This document shows, one piece after another, positions 51,253-64,000 of a DNA stretch of 64,000 bases. How positions within the stretch are numbered: position 1 is the first letter of the stretch; every line of letters starts with the position of its first letter. Under the pieces are notes generated by a model that worked only from the letters and a program-made list of their open reading frames with translations, was not told the DNA's origin and did no database searches. The DNA lies in assembly GCA_951406725.2 (NCBI GenBank), contig OX597817.1, positions 145,824,001-145,888,000 on the forward strand, written 5' to 3'. This stretch comes from Octopus vulgaris (lineage: Eukaryota). The position numbers were made by a program, and so were the translations under genes.

Positions 51253-51937
51253 CTGACGGGGGATGAAGTCGGATGGCCTTCAGCCAACTTGCTCGCGTGT
51301 TGTCGTCTCGGTGCCTTGCTGGGGTCTGTCGTAGCCGGTCGATGCCGCACGTGCGTTGAGTCTCTCACTTCCGCTTCCGCCGGCGCATGCGCCCTGCAAG
51401 ACCTGTAAGCATCACTTCCGCTCCCGCCCGTCCCGTCACACTCCTTCATCACCACACCACAATTTTAAAAATAAACAATCACATCATCAAAATCTCAAAG
51501 CTAAAATATAATACATGATTAATAAAGAGTAGAAATTAATATTATTAAATAATATCAATTTCCACCAGTGGTCGTCAGCATGCTTAAAAAACGTCTGAAG
51601 ACTGTGAATTCTTTTTAAATATAAACAATATGAGAGATCCCTATGTAGATCCCTTGTATGCTAAAAATAGATGTCAAACCGTCTTGAACAATTGAAAAGA
51701 AAAAGAAAGAAATATAGCACTATGTTTATTTTTTTTATTCATTTGTCTAGCTCGTAAACATCTAGTGTCTTGCTAATTTGAGAACACAGATTTTGTGGCA
51801 AGACAGTTTGCCATCTATTTTTAGCATACAAGGGATCCACTTAGTGAACTCTCATATTGCTTATATTTAAGTAAGACAATGTTAACAAATAAGCTTTACA
51901 TTTGACAGAATAAACTGAATGGTAAACGGTTAATACT

Positions 51938-52165
51938 TATTTCTTTATTGCACAAAAAGCTAAACATAGAGGGGACAAACAAGGACAGACAAAGGGATTA
52001 AGTCAATTAGATCGACCCCAGTACACAACTGGTAATTAATTTATTGACCCAGAAAGGATGAAAGGCAAAGTCAACCTCGGCGGAATTTGAACTCAGTACG
52101 TAACGGCAGACAAAATACCGTTAAGCATTTCGCCCGGCGTGCTAACGATTTTGCCAGCTCGCCGC
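51938..52165 (-). mobile_element. SINE family B with ~15-bp TSD, at the end of a probable TTAA/CCC piggyBac-like MITE (48121..51929) that hosts the Gypsy insertion
   Basis: TAAA(C/G)GGTTAATACT on both sides; TTAACCCT at 48117. Confidence 0.8.
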
Positions 52166-52779
52166 TAAAGGGTTAATACTGTTTTGATAAATATTGATTG
52201 AAACCAGTCTAAAATAATTCATATTTTGGCATCATTTTTATGGTTGTCTCTGGTGTCTTCTACCAGTTGTTCCTTATATTGGTACAATGCCATAAACACC
52301 CAAGAGAGGAAGTTAGTTGATTGAAATTCCTCCAATGCATGACAAGTGCCTTATTTCATCAGCCTTACCATCATGAGAATAACAAGGTGTCTCTGATTTC
52401 CTATCTCCAAGAAGAATAGGCACATACTACACCCTCTGGCTTTCTCCTACCCACTAGTTACCTTTCTCCCCCCCCCCCAACATCCTGTCTCCTCCTGTCT
52501 GGGCCTTCTCTTCCTTCCCTGTGCTGCTCTTCATTATCAATTCCTCACTTACTCGCTACCACCCTCAGTGCCCTCACATATCTACTGCAACCCCAGCCCC
52601 TGAGACCCCCCCCCTCACTATGTTTCTCAACATTATTTGCTTCAGTACATGAACAGAAGCCACTGTAGTAGTGTTAGAGAGGAAACCAGAACAGAACATT
52701 TGGTTGTAGTGAGCCGGTAAATGAGTCTTTACCAACCAGATGGATTAATGAATACTCATTCACCCTCCTCCCCCTTCTC

Positions 52780-52913
52780 CATCATCGTCGTTGTCGTCGT
52801 CGTCATCATCATCGTCGTCCTCCTCCTCCTCCTCCTCCTCATCATCATCATCGTCGTTGTCATCATCATCATTATCATCGTCTTCATCATCGTCTTCATC
52901 ATCGTCGTCATCG

Positions 52914-52946
<33 letters not shown>

Positions 52947-52947
52947 C
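52780..52947. repeat. (CAT/CGT/CCT)n trinucleotide tract, expanded tail of a minus-strand RTE-type 3' end (52947-53165)
   Basis: Directly visible; followed by TTTAACATCCACTTTCCCATGCTTGCATG. Confidence 0.9.
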
Positions 52948-53524
52948 TATTTAACATCCACTTTCCCATGCTTGCATGTGTCAGACAGAATTTATTGAGG
53001 CAAATTTTCTACGGCCAGAAGCCTTTCCTGTTGCCAACCCTCACCTCTTTCCAAGCAAGGTAATATTTCCCCATGGCCAGATATGTTTTCCATGGAAGAC
53101 TGGAAATGAACAATATCACTTGTATGACACCGATGCTCATTTACCACCATTACATGGTGCCAACACAAGGGTACACACACACACACACACACATATGCAT
53201 ACAAACCACCTACTTACACACAATGGGCTTCTTTCAGTTTCTGTCTGTCAAATCCATGCACAAAACTTTGGTCGGTTCAAAACCTTTGTAAAAGACTCTT
53301 GTTCAAGGTACAACACAGTGGAATTGAACCTGAGACCACATGATTACAAAGCAAGCATTAGCTAACTGCATCCACTCTATTTTATGTACTCATATCTCCC
53401 CATCCTTACACATCCTTATTGCATTGTTTCAATCCCCAGCACTAAACACATTTCCCAGTTATCTCCCCCTTTAGCTGCTACCTTCTCAAATTACCTATCT
53501 TTTAAAATTTGTTTTATAAAGTGG

Positions 53525-53780
53525 TAGGCATTTGGAAGGGCATCCAGCTGTAAGAACCATGCCAAAACTGACCTCACCTGTGCTGGTGCCTCATAAAAAG
53601 CATTCAGTTCACTCTGCAGAGTGGTTGGTGTTAGGAAGGGCATCCAGCTGTAAAAAAAACCATACCAAAACAGACAAAAGTATGGTTCAAGCTTCTACCT
53701 GGCCAGCTCCTGTCAAACCGTCCACCCATGCCAGCATGGAAAGAGAACGTTAAATGATGATCATCATCATGATCATGACC
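53525..53780 (+). mobile_element. RTE 3' tail fragment
   Basis: Two GGAAGGGCATCCAGCTGTAA motifs and a (GAT)n tail. Confidence 0.85.
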
Positions 53781-54135
53781 ATCGTTTGTGCATGTGTATT
53801 TTTGTGTTTGTCTGTTGTCACCGCTTGACAAACTGATGTTGGTTTGTTTACGTCCCTGTGCATGGGTTAGACAGTTTGATAGGAGCTTCTATGCAGTCTC
53901 TCAATCTGCTTGAAATATCAGCCAGTTCTCCCTCAAATCCCACTCTCCTGTCTGAAATAGAGATGGATATATTGGACAATATATTTCTTGATATGAGATA
54001 TAAGACCTGATTTTCACTGCTGAAATGCCTTTCAAAATAAGATACTTGTACATGGCCGACGTAGGGTTAAACAACTATAACAAACCTCAACCATAACAAT
54101 CATATTAGTCAGGAAGTTCATAGCTATGTCCCTTA

Positions 54136-54506
54136 TCTCTCTATATATAAAGCTGAAGTTGTCTGTGTATGGCAGGTTTGGTAGCCTTCAACTAACACTA
54201 TCTCCTCCGAGACACTGCGGTGCAAGTTGACCAAAATTGAGAGTATGATAGAAGAAGGCTTGCTTTTCCTTCCATAGAAGAAAAAATTCAAATCGGACTA
54301 TGTTAACACCAAAGATTATTTACATCAAAAAGGTGCTTTTTTTCTATGAAAATCCCTATTTTTTATGATTGCTGTGTCGCCATTTTTTGGTGTATTTCAA
54401 CCAGAAAAAATGTTCACTTGCTACATAATGCAAAATTTTTACTTTTCAAAAATTCCAATTCTAAATGGTCGAAACAAACCTGAGCAACGCCGGGCGATAC
54501 TGCTAG
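54136..54506 (+). mobile_element. Non-autonomous Helitron (family 1)
   Basis: A|TC...hairpin-CTAG|T; highly similar to 15089-15482. Confidence 0.85.
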
Positions 54507-54929
54507 TTTTACATTATATTTTAATAAACAATTACATATCAGTCTTCTTTAAGCTCTTACTAAAAGTCACCTACTTCCAAAAATGCTATCATTTCATGCA
54601 TGGCAACATTCACATAAAGTAGTTGATCACACAAAAAGTCAGTGAAATTACTATCACCTCCAGGTTAATCCTGAGAAAATATGCTACGTTTTGTATGTTA
54701 AATGATAAAGAATAATGGCAGCACGTTTGTTCAGGTTTCTTGGCAAAGTGCCATCTCTATTTTTATTATTTAGTTTCCTAAGAAGCACTATACATACATA
54801 CACACTTACACACACACATACATACATACATACATACACACATACATACACACACATATACATACATACATACATACATACATACACACATACATACACA
54901 CATACATACATACATACACACATACATAG

Positions 54930-54989
<60 letters not shown>

Positions 54990-55822
54990 GTATATATATT
55001 GTCTGCTAGCTTGAACAATTGGTTAGAAGCTATAGAATTACAGAATTTTGCATGTCTGGATATCTACCGTATAGTTAGTTAGTTCCATACAGGATACCTA
55101 CCCCTTTGTTAGTTCACTAAAAATGTCACTAGCAAGTTAGTGTTGACAATGGCTTCGTTCCAAGTTAGAATTGGCATCTTCTGACTGGCGAATCTTTTGC
55201 AAGCAACACTTCTCTTCCTCATCTCAACCTATGCCTCTTGCAGCTGTTGCTGCCTTCCTCCTCCTCCTCTTACTACTACTACTAGTATGGTGTAGAGTAC
55301 TTTTAAAGATGAGAGATAAACTAAGTGTTGTGTTATAAACTGGATGGATATACAACCTAGTTTCACTTTAATTCACAAAATACCTTGCAGAATGACATGA
55401 ATATTACCACAGCCTTATTTCTCACCCAATATAACTTTACAAGCTGTCATTTATAGTTTTATATGCTTATCTACTTCAAATTGCTCTGTTAAGAATGAAT
55501 GATTTCACATCCTCTGAAATTGCTAAATTCCTCTGCGTTTGTGTGTGTGTGTGAGTTAGAGAGAGAGAGAGGAAGTAATTTAATTTGTGTGTAAGAAAAT
55601 TTCTATCAATATTAATGTTTTTTCTCCAATCCTAATGTTGTCCTAACAAGATGTGATGAATATTTACCAACATTTCAGGAATTCCTAGGTATTTTCATGA
55701 TTTTCAGTTGTTGGATCACAATATGCCAAAGTCTCTAGATTCCCTTCAGTTCCCAGCTTTGCCAAGAGGAAAACCAACATGAATAAAGTCATGAACAGCA
55801 CAACAACCAAATTTTTCCTGCC

Positions 55823-57144
55823 AAGTGTAAGCTATGGACACATAAAGGATGCAGTAGAATTGTGGGAAAGTTATCAAAAAGTTCACTTTCGTGTGTGGCA
55901 GATGCACAAGAACAGAATAACAAGCTACATAATGCAAAATTTTGACTTTTCAAAAATTCCAATTCTAAATGGTCAGAACAAACCCGAGCAACGCCGGGCG
56001 GTACTGCTAGTTTTACATAATATTTTAATAAACAATTACATATAAGTCTTCTTTAAGCTCTTACTAAAAGTCACCTACTTCCAAAAATGCTATCATTTCA
56101 TGCATGGCAACATTCACATAAAGTACTAAGAGCATGAGGGACTTAAACTCTCTCAAATGCCCAGGAGGCTTTCTTGAGGTAGTTTCTGCTATTTAGGTGA
56201 CCAAATTAGTAATGTTGGTGGATGTTCTGAAAGTATTGTTTCTAGAATAAGAATAGGGTGGAGGAAGTTCAGAGAACTACTACCTCTGTTGGCAGCAAAA
56301 GGATTCTCTCTCAGAGTGAAAGGTAGACTATATGATGCTTGTGTGTGAACGGCTATACTCCATGGTAGTGAGACATGGGCTCTGATTGTGGAGGACATGC
56401 GTAGGCTGGAGAGGAATGAAGGTAGTATGCTCTGTTGGATTTACAACATCAGTGTGCATGACAGACAGAGCACAACTGTGTTGGAAGAAAAGTTAGGCAC
56501 AAGAGGAATTAAATATGGTGTGCAGGAGAGGAGAATGCAATGGTTTGGACATGTGATGTGTATGAGTGAAGACAGCTGTATACAGCCTGTTAATGAAAGT
56601 GGATGGTACCTGTGGAAGAGAGAGACCCAGGAAGACATTGGATGAAGTGGTGAGGACTGATCTTAGGAAGTTGGGGCTCACAGAGGAAATGACAGTGGAT
56701 CGAGATGTTTGGAGATATGAAGTTCTAGAGAACACCCATTCATGAAAATTAGTGTTAGAAGAGTTGTGTCCCACCCACATGTAACAACACACTTTTCACC
56801 CACTCTACCTTAAGAAATCAAACTATAACTCCTCTTCTAACTGCATCTTTCTCTTCCTCACATTTCCTCTTCATAAACTGTGATTGTTTTCCAATCCCCT
56901 TTCTTGCCCTCACTGCCCTGCTCCCCACACCCCCAACACCCTATTTTTCTACCCAGATTCTACACTCATATTCTTGTTACTTATGAGTATACCCTAGCAC
57001 TACACCATCTCTCTTCTACTCTCTATTACACTTTTGCTGTTTCCTACCCTCTCTCTCTCTTTCCCGTTGGTTACTCTCCTTCTCTTGTTTTTCCTCTGAT
57101 TAGGAAACCAAGCATCTTCTTTACATCAGCACACTTGTTTCTGG

Positions 57145-57179
<35 letters not shown>

Positions 57180-57712
57180 GGGTAACCATGTACCTCCTCT
57201 ATAGCAAGACGCCTATTTCTGCCTCTCTATTTCCATGTTACACTCTGACCTTTCATCATTTGATACTGGATCACCTCCTCTAATGCCCCCTCTGTTGTGG
57301 AAAGACACCTGCTTTTATCTCTCTGTCCCTTTGTCACACTCTAACCTTTCTTCCTCTGACACAAGTTCCCCATCCTCAAATGCCCTGCCCCTCTCACAAT
57401 TCCTTGTCTTGTGAGTTACTTGGTTACCCTCCCAGTGCTGGTGCCATGTTAAAAGCATCCAATCCACACTGTAACATGGTTGGCATTTGGAAGGGCATCC
57501 ATGCCAAAACTAACCTCACCTGTGCCAGTGTCACATAGAAAGCACTGAGTCCAGTCTGCAGAGTGGTTGGTGTTAGGAAGGGCATCCAGCTGTAAAATCC
57601 CTCCCAAAACAGACTCAGTAGCCTAGGGTAGTTTTTTCTACTTGGCTAGCTTCTGTCAACCGACCTAATCATGGAGGCAAGGAGATGGACGTTAAACGAT
57701 AATGACGATGAT
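55823..57712 (+). mobile_element. RTE LINE 3' portion (PHD-like remnant, RT C-terminus, pyrimidine-rich UTR, tail), interrupted by a local duplication
   Basis: CKLWTHKGCS, LGDQIS..GGCSESIVSRIRIGWRKFRELLPLL, HGSETW, ERRMQWFGHV, (GAT)n tail. Confidence 0.88.
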
Positions 57713-57889
57713 GAAGTTATAATGTGGCACCATCATGGGCGACTTCTTACATGGCACTTTCATGGGTGCTCTTTACATGGCACTAGCTTGATGTGTTAAA
57801 AAGACCAACCAAGTCTCCCTCACATTACCTTCCTAAAAAATGACTCAGCATAATATAATGCTAACTAAAAGCACACTAAGCAGCAATTC

Positions 57890-58295
57890 TTTTATTCTTT
57901 TACTTGTTTCAGTCATTTGACTGTGGCCATGCTGGAGCACCACCTTTATTCAAAGAAAGCGACCCCAGGGCTTATTCTTTGTAAGCCTAGTATTTATTCC
58001 TATCAGTCCCTTTTGCAGAACCGATAAGTGACAGGGATGTAAACACACCAACATTGGTTGTCAAATGATGGTGGGGTTGACAAACACAGACACAAATAAC
58101 AAACATACACATACATATATATACATATATATATGACAGACTTCTTTCAGTTTCTGTCTACCAAATCCACTCACAAGGCTTTAATCAGCCCCAGGCTATA
58201 GTAGAAGACACTTGCCCAAGGTGCCATACAGTTGGACTGAACCCAGAACCATGTGGTTTGGAAGCAAGCTTCTTACCTCACAGCCACTCCTACAC
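57890..58295 (-). mobile_element. SINE family A
   Basis: Full head-to-tail match. Confidence 0.9.
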
Positions 58296-58320
58296 CAATG
58301 AATAAAATAAAGCTATGTAC

Positions 58321-58377
<57 letters not shown>

Positions 58378-58931
58378 CATACACACACACTCAAAGATGA
58401 AAAGACCTTCTCCATGGAAACTGTCTCACGAGAGAAATTCTCTTTATAGACTATGTGTGTGAAAACTCATCAAATTAGGTTATGAATGACATCACTGGGT
58501 ACATGTTTTTGCATCATTATGCTTCATCAGCTACAGATACAAAATACATCATTCAAGCCTGCTAAGAACTGCCATAAGTTTGCTGGCCCAGGGCTAATCA
58601 ACAACACCTCTTTTATCCACACATTACGAATAATCAATGGTGGTAAATCGGCAGAGTTGTTAAAGCATTGGACAAATTGCTCTGCAGTATCCATTTCAGT
58701 TGTCTCTGTTTCAATTTCAAATCACACCTGGGCCAAATTTGCTTTTCATTCTTGCAGGGTTGATATAAAGCATCAGTAAAATGCTAGGTTACAAATCTCT
58801 TACTTTCCAGCTGTCTTGGATTGAATATTCTACGTGGTCAAAGGAGAGTGGATGCGTTGTGACTATTTGGACATGTGTTAAACACGTTAGTAAAAGGCAT
58901 GGTGCATGTTAATATGAAGTCATATTTGACT

Positions 58932-59342
58932 CTCTCTTTACTCTTTCACTTGTTTCAGTCATTTGACTGTGGCCATGCTGGAGCACTGCCTTTAGTTGAG
59001 CAAATTGACCCCAGGACTTATTCTTTGTAAGCCTAGTACTTATTCTGTCGGTCTCTTTTGCCGAACCGCTAAATTACGGGGACGTAAACACACCAGCATC
59101 AGTTGTCAAGCGATTTTGGGGGGGGGGACAAACACAGACACACAAACATATACACACACATGCATACATATATATACATATATACGACGGGCTTCTTTCA
59201 GTTTCCGTCTACTAAATCCACTCACAAGGTTTTGGTTGGCCCGAGGCTATAGTAGAAGACACATGCCCAAGGCGCCATGCAGTGGGACTGAACCTAGAAC
59301 CATGTGGTTCGTAAGCAAGCTACTTACCACACAGCCACTCCT
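58932..59342 (-). mobile_element. SINE family A
   Basis: Full head-to-tail match. Confidence 0.92.
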
Positions 59343-59547
59343 AAGCCTATGACTGTGAGTGAAGACTGAGCAATCAAGCAGAAAATATAAGCATTTCCTG
59401 TTAATTGCGTTAATTGTATGACCAAATATAAGCTGGTGCTCTGTCGATTACAATGATGCAGATTCCAGTTGATCTATTCAACAGAACAACCTGCTATGAA
59501 ATTAACATGCAAGTGGCTGAGCATTCCACAGACACATGTACCTTTAA

Positions 59548-59789
59548 CCCTTTCATTACTGTATTTATTTTGAGATGCTCTGTGTTTCTTTCAATTACTT
59601 TAAATATATAGGTGTAGGAGTGGCTGTGTGGTAAGTAGCTTGCTTACCAACCACATGGTTCCGGGTTCAGTCCCACTGCATACACCTTGGGCAAGTGTCT
59701 TCTGCTATAGCCTCGGGCCAACCAAAGCCTTGTGATTGGATTTGGTAGACAGAAACTGAAAGATGCCCATCGTATATATATAAATATAC

Positions 59790-59822
<33 letters not shown>

Positions 59823-60529
59823 TGTATGTATGTATGCATGTATGTATGTATGTATGTATGTGCATGTGTATATGTTTGTGTGTCTGTGCTTGTCCCCCCA
59901 ACATCGCTTGACAACTGATGCTGGTGTGTTTACGTCCTCGTAACGTAGCAGTTCAGCAAAAGAGACCAATAGAATAAATACTAGGCTTGGCCACAGTCAA
60001 ATGACTGAAACAAGTAAAACAGTAAAGAGTATAACAAAGAGGCACCATTCAAGCGTGATCATTACCAACGTTGCCTTACTGAAAAAGCACATGAGTGAGG
60101 TTATTGCCAGTGCTGCTGGACTGGCTCCTGTGCAGGTGGCATGTAAAAAACACCATTTGAGTGTGGCCATTGCCAGTACCGCCTGACTGGCCCTCGTGCC
60201 GGTGGCGGGTAAAAGCACCCACTACATTCTAGGAGTGGTTAGCATTATGAAGGCAATCCAGCTGTAGAAACTCTGTCAGATCAGATTGGAGCCAGGTGCA
60301 GCCATCTGGTTCACCAGTCCTCAGTCAAACCATCCAACCCATGCTAGCATGGAAAGTGGGCGTTAAATGATGATGATGATGATTATGATGAACATAGTTA
60401 TCATTAAGCTAGTGTTAGGAACATAAATTGTGACTAAGGTTTGGTGGAAGATCTTAATTCAAAACTTATGAAAACAAGACTTTGTACTCAGAGCCAGAGC
60501 TGGTTTCAGCTGGGTTGGTAACAAAAGGG
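59548..60529. mobile_element. piggyBac-like MITE inserted in SINE D and itself interrupted by SINE A (59610-60030) and an RTE tail (60040-60390)
   Basis: TTAA-CCCTTTCATTAC ... GTAACAAAAGGG-TTCA; SINE D sequence resumes after it. Confidence 0.75.
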
Positions 60530-60706
60530 TTCACATAGTTCTCAAGGAGATTCAGTGTGACACAGAATGTGACAAGGCTGGCCCTTTGAAATACAGGTAC
60601 AACTCGTTCTTGCTAGCTGAGCAGACTGGAGCAATGTGAAATAAAGTGTCCTGCTCAAGGTCACAACATTCCTTGAGGAATCAACTTCACAACCTTAAGC
60701 CAAATA

Positions 60707-60939
60707 CCTATTTCTTTACTACCCACAAGGGGCTAAACACAAAGAGGACAAACAAGGACAGACAAACAGATTGAGTCGATTATATTGACCCCAGTGCATA
60801 ACTGGTACTTAATTTATCGACCCCAAAAGGATGAAAGGCAAAGACGACCTCGGCGGAATTTGAACTCAGAACATAACGGCAGACGAAATACTGATAAGCA
60901 TTTCACCCGGCATGCTAACGTTTCTGCCAGTTCGCCGCC
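60707..60939 (-). mobile_element. SINE family B with ~15-17-bp TSD
   Basis: CCTTAAGCCAAATACCT on both flanks. Confidence 0.92.
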
Positions 60940-61074
60940 TTAAGCCAAATACCTTAACCATTAAACTACATGCCTTCACTCCTGCCAAATTCAAGACACA
61001 TCTTGATATTTTGTTCCAACTATTGTAATTCATTTGAGATAACTTTGCTGTTATCATTTGGAGCTAATCATGTA

Positions 61075-62816
61075 CTGAAGCTGGCAAAATTTGTTAGCAT
61101 GTCAGATGAAATGCCTTGCAGTATTTAGTTCTGGCTCTATGTTCTGAGTTAAAATCCCACCAAGGTGATTTTGCCTTTCATCCTTTCAGTGTCATCATCA
61201 TCATCATCATCGTTAACGTCCGCTGTCCATGTTAGCATGGGTTGGACGATTTTGACTGAGGGCTGGTGAACCAGATGGCTGCACCAGGCTTCAACCTTGA
61301 TCTGGCAGAGTTTCTACAGCTGGATGCCCTTCCTAATGCCAACCACTCCGAGAGTGTAGTGGGTGCTGTAATAAAATCAAATAGCTTTTGACCATTGGGA
61401 CCAATGAAATTGATTAACTCTCTCCACCAAAGACAGCTGACCTCATATCAAAATTTAAAGCCAATTATCTTAGGAAATGGAAGGTGATGAGCTGGTAGAA
61501 TTGTTAGCATGTTGGACAAAGTGCTAAGCTGCATTTCTTCAGGATCATTATGTTTTGAATTCAAAGACGGCAAGCTGGCATAATTGTTAGCAGGCTGGAC
61601 AAAATGCAGAGTGGTATTTCGCCAGTTGCTACATTCTGAGTTCAAATTCCGCTGAGTTCAACTTTACCTTTCATCCTTTCGGGGTCAATAAATTAAGTAC
61701 CAGTTGAGTACTGGGGTTGATGTAATTGACTATCCCTGCTCACCCAAATTTCAGGCCTTGTGCTTACAGTAAAAAGGATTATGTTCTGAGTTCAAATCTC
61801 ACCAAGGTCAACTTCACCTTTCATAATTTCAGGGTCAATGCTTTCCCTCAAAATTCCTGGCCTTGACCCTGAATTAGAAGCTACTATTGAACATACATCG
61901 TCATCATCATTACCATTGTCATCATTTAACATCTGCTTTCCATGCTAGCACAGGTTGAGTGGTTTGATGGAAGCTGGTGAGCTAGAGGGTTGCACTAAAC
62001 CCTGTTGTCTGTTCTGGCATGGTTTCTTATTTCTTTATTGCCCACAAGGGGATAAACATAGAGGGGACAAACAAGGACAGATGAAGGGATTAAGTCGATT
62101 ACATTGGCCCCAGTGTGTAACTGGTACTTATTTAATCGACCCTGAAAGGATGAAAGGCTAAGTCGACCTAGGCAGAATTTGAACTCAGAACATACCGCTA
62201 AGCATTTCGCCCGGTGTGCTAACGTTTCTGCCAGCTCACTGCTTGGTTTCTATAGTTTCTGGCTTGGTTTCTATGGCTAGATGCCCTTCCTAATGCCAAT
62301 CACTTTACAGAATGTACAGGGTGCTTTTTATGTGACACCAACACACTCGTTTCAGTCATTGCACTGTGGCCATACTGGGGTACCACTTTGAATGGTTTAG
62401 TCAAAGGCATTGACCCCAGAACTTATTTTTTAAGGTTGGTACTTATTCTGCCAATCTCTTTTACTGAAACATTAAGGGGTCATAAAGAAACTTACACCAA
62501 TTGTCCAGTGGTGTGGGGACGAACACAGACAGGCACACATGCATACGTATGCACACACACACACACATATACAATCCTTTCTACTATAGGCACAAGGCCT
62601 GAAAGTGGAAGAGCGGGATAGTTGATTACATCGACCCCAGTACTCAACTGGTACTTTTTCCATCGACCCCGAAAGGATGAAGGGTAAAGTTGACCTCAGC
62701 AGAATTTGAACTCAGAATGGAGCAAACGATTCTGCCAGCTCACCACCTTGCACATGCACACACACACGCACACGCACACACACACACGCATGCACACATA
62801 CACACACATGTACACA

Positions 62817-62850
<34 letters not shown>

Positions 62851-63230
62851 ATAACGGGCTTGAATGTAGTTTCAATCAACCAAATCCACTTGCAAGACAT
62901 TGATTGGCCAGAGGTTGTTGTGAGGAAACACTTACCCAAGGTGCCGTACAGTGAAACTGGACCCAAATCCCATGTGGTCACAAAATGAACTTCTTAACCA
63001 CATAACCATATTTGCAATTTATATTATTTTTATGTGAAATATTCTTTTCTACTTGAGGCATAAGGCCTGAAATTTTTGGGGCTGGAGGCAATCGATTAGA
63101 TTGTTATTGACCCCGAAAGGATGAAAGGCAAAGTCAGCCTCGGCAGAATTTGAACTTAGAACATAAAGACAAATGAAATACTACTAAGCATTTCGCCCGA
63201 TGTGCTAATGTTTCTGCCAGCTTGCTGCCT
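61075..63230. mobile_element. Cluster of nested SINE A/B fragments and minus-strand RTE tails
   Basis: RTE tails at 61195-61368 and 61900-62340 (split by SINE B 62026-62241). SINE B pieces at 61480-61885, 62575-62745 and 63045-63230. Confidence 0.8.
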
Positions 63231-64000
63231 TATTACTTCTGTAATTATAACACAGCTGAAGAAAAGAAGACGAAAAGAAGAGAAAGATTCGAGCCCCCCA
63301 CCCCCCATTTTTTTTTGTGGACTGAAAGGCTGGTTTATTAGAGACACCCTCCACATTTTTTTTTTGGACCAGGAGGAGGTAGTGAGGTCATAGATCCTTG
63401 CTTCAGCTGAGATTAAATACTATAAATTTGTCCTATTGTAAAAAAGAAGAATAACAGAGACGAAAAAAATGTATTTAAAGATTTACCCAGAAGCTTCTTA
63501 AGGGTACCAGAGTTGGAACTTCCCATCAACTATAAGAATAATATGATTTTTAAGAAAAATACTATTTTCAAGAGGTTCATATTTTATCCTTCTCTTCACA
63601 TTGTTTCACAATCGGTTTGTTGTTGTTTAGCCTCAGTAATGACTTAAAAAACGTCTGAACAGAGATATTTCAGCTGTAACTGTTAAGTTTTTTTAATGGT
63701 TTCTACTAGTAGTGTCTCTTCCCTTTTCAAGATGATAAGACATGATTTGAGAGAGATTTGGCTGCTATTTGTAGCAGGGTGAATGACCTCATAGTGGCTC
63801 ACATTTTTTACCACTAGGTCGTTCATGATATCGGAAATCCATGACCAAAGGTGTTCTAACTGTGACCATCCAACCACAGGCCATATTAGTGTGACATTCC
63901 AACATGCAATTAAGCGGAATCATCTGCATTACATTGTTAGATGAGTTTACGCTGTCTTTTCCTCACCGCATAAGTATTTCTGATTAGACTTGTGTGATAT

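Larger units (their letters stand above)
48226..51461 (-). mobile_element. Ty3/Gypsy LTR retrotransposon, gag-less, carrying a captured aldo-keto reductase fragment
   Basis: TG..CA termini. TSD ATTTT at 48221-48225 and 51462-51466. 3' LTR 48226-48500 (275 bp); 5' LTR 51252-51461 (210 bp, apparently identical but lacking the last 65 bp). PPT AGGGGGGCG next to the 3' LTR. Domain order PR-RT-RH-INT. Confidence 0.97.

Overview
AT-rich eukaryotic DNA, almost certainly from an octopus or related coleoid cephalopod (characteristic tRNA-derived SINE families, RTE LINE tails, very long (TA)n/(CATA)n/(CA)n microsatellites). No host protein-coding exon could be identified with confidence. The window is a dense, nested collection of transposable elements: RTE, Tx1/L1, CR1/Jockey-like and R4/Dong-like LINE fragments, Penelope-like elements with minimal hammerhead ribozymes, non-autonomous Helitrons, MITEs, a solo LTR and four SINE families. 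The outstanding feature is a young Gypsy LTR retrotransposon (48226-51461, minus strand, ATTTT target-site duplication). In it U5/PBS/gag are replaced by an intronless aldo-keto reductase fragment, joined exactly at the LTR's own splice donor and followed by a 42-bp antisense LTR patch. It reads as a fossil of retrovirus-style gene transduction from an LTR-driven spliced chimeric mRNA. Also notable are a cluster of hammerhead motifs with three different base pairs at core positions 3-8, and a tandem array of predicted H-type pseudoknots in the RTE 3' UTR. Coordinates were counted by eye and may be off by a few bases.
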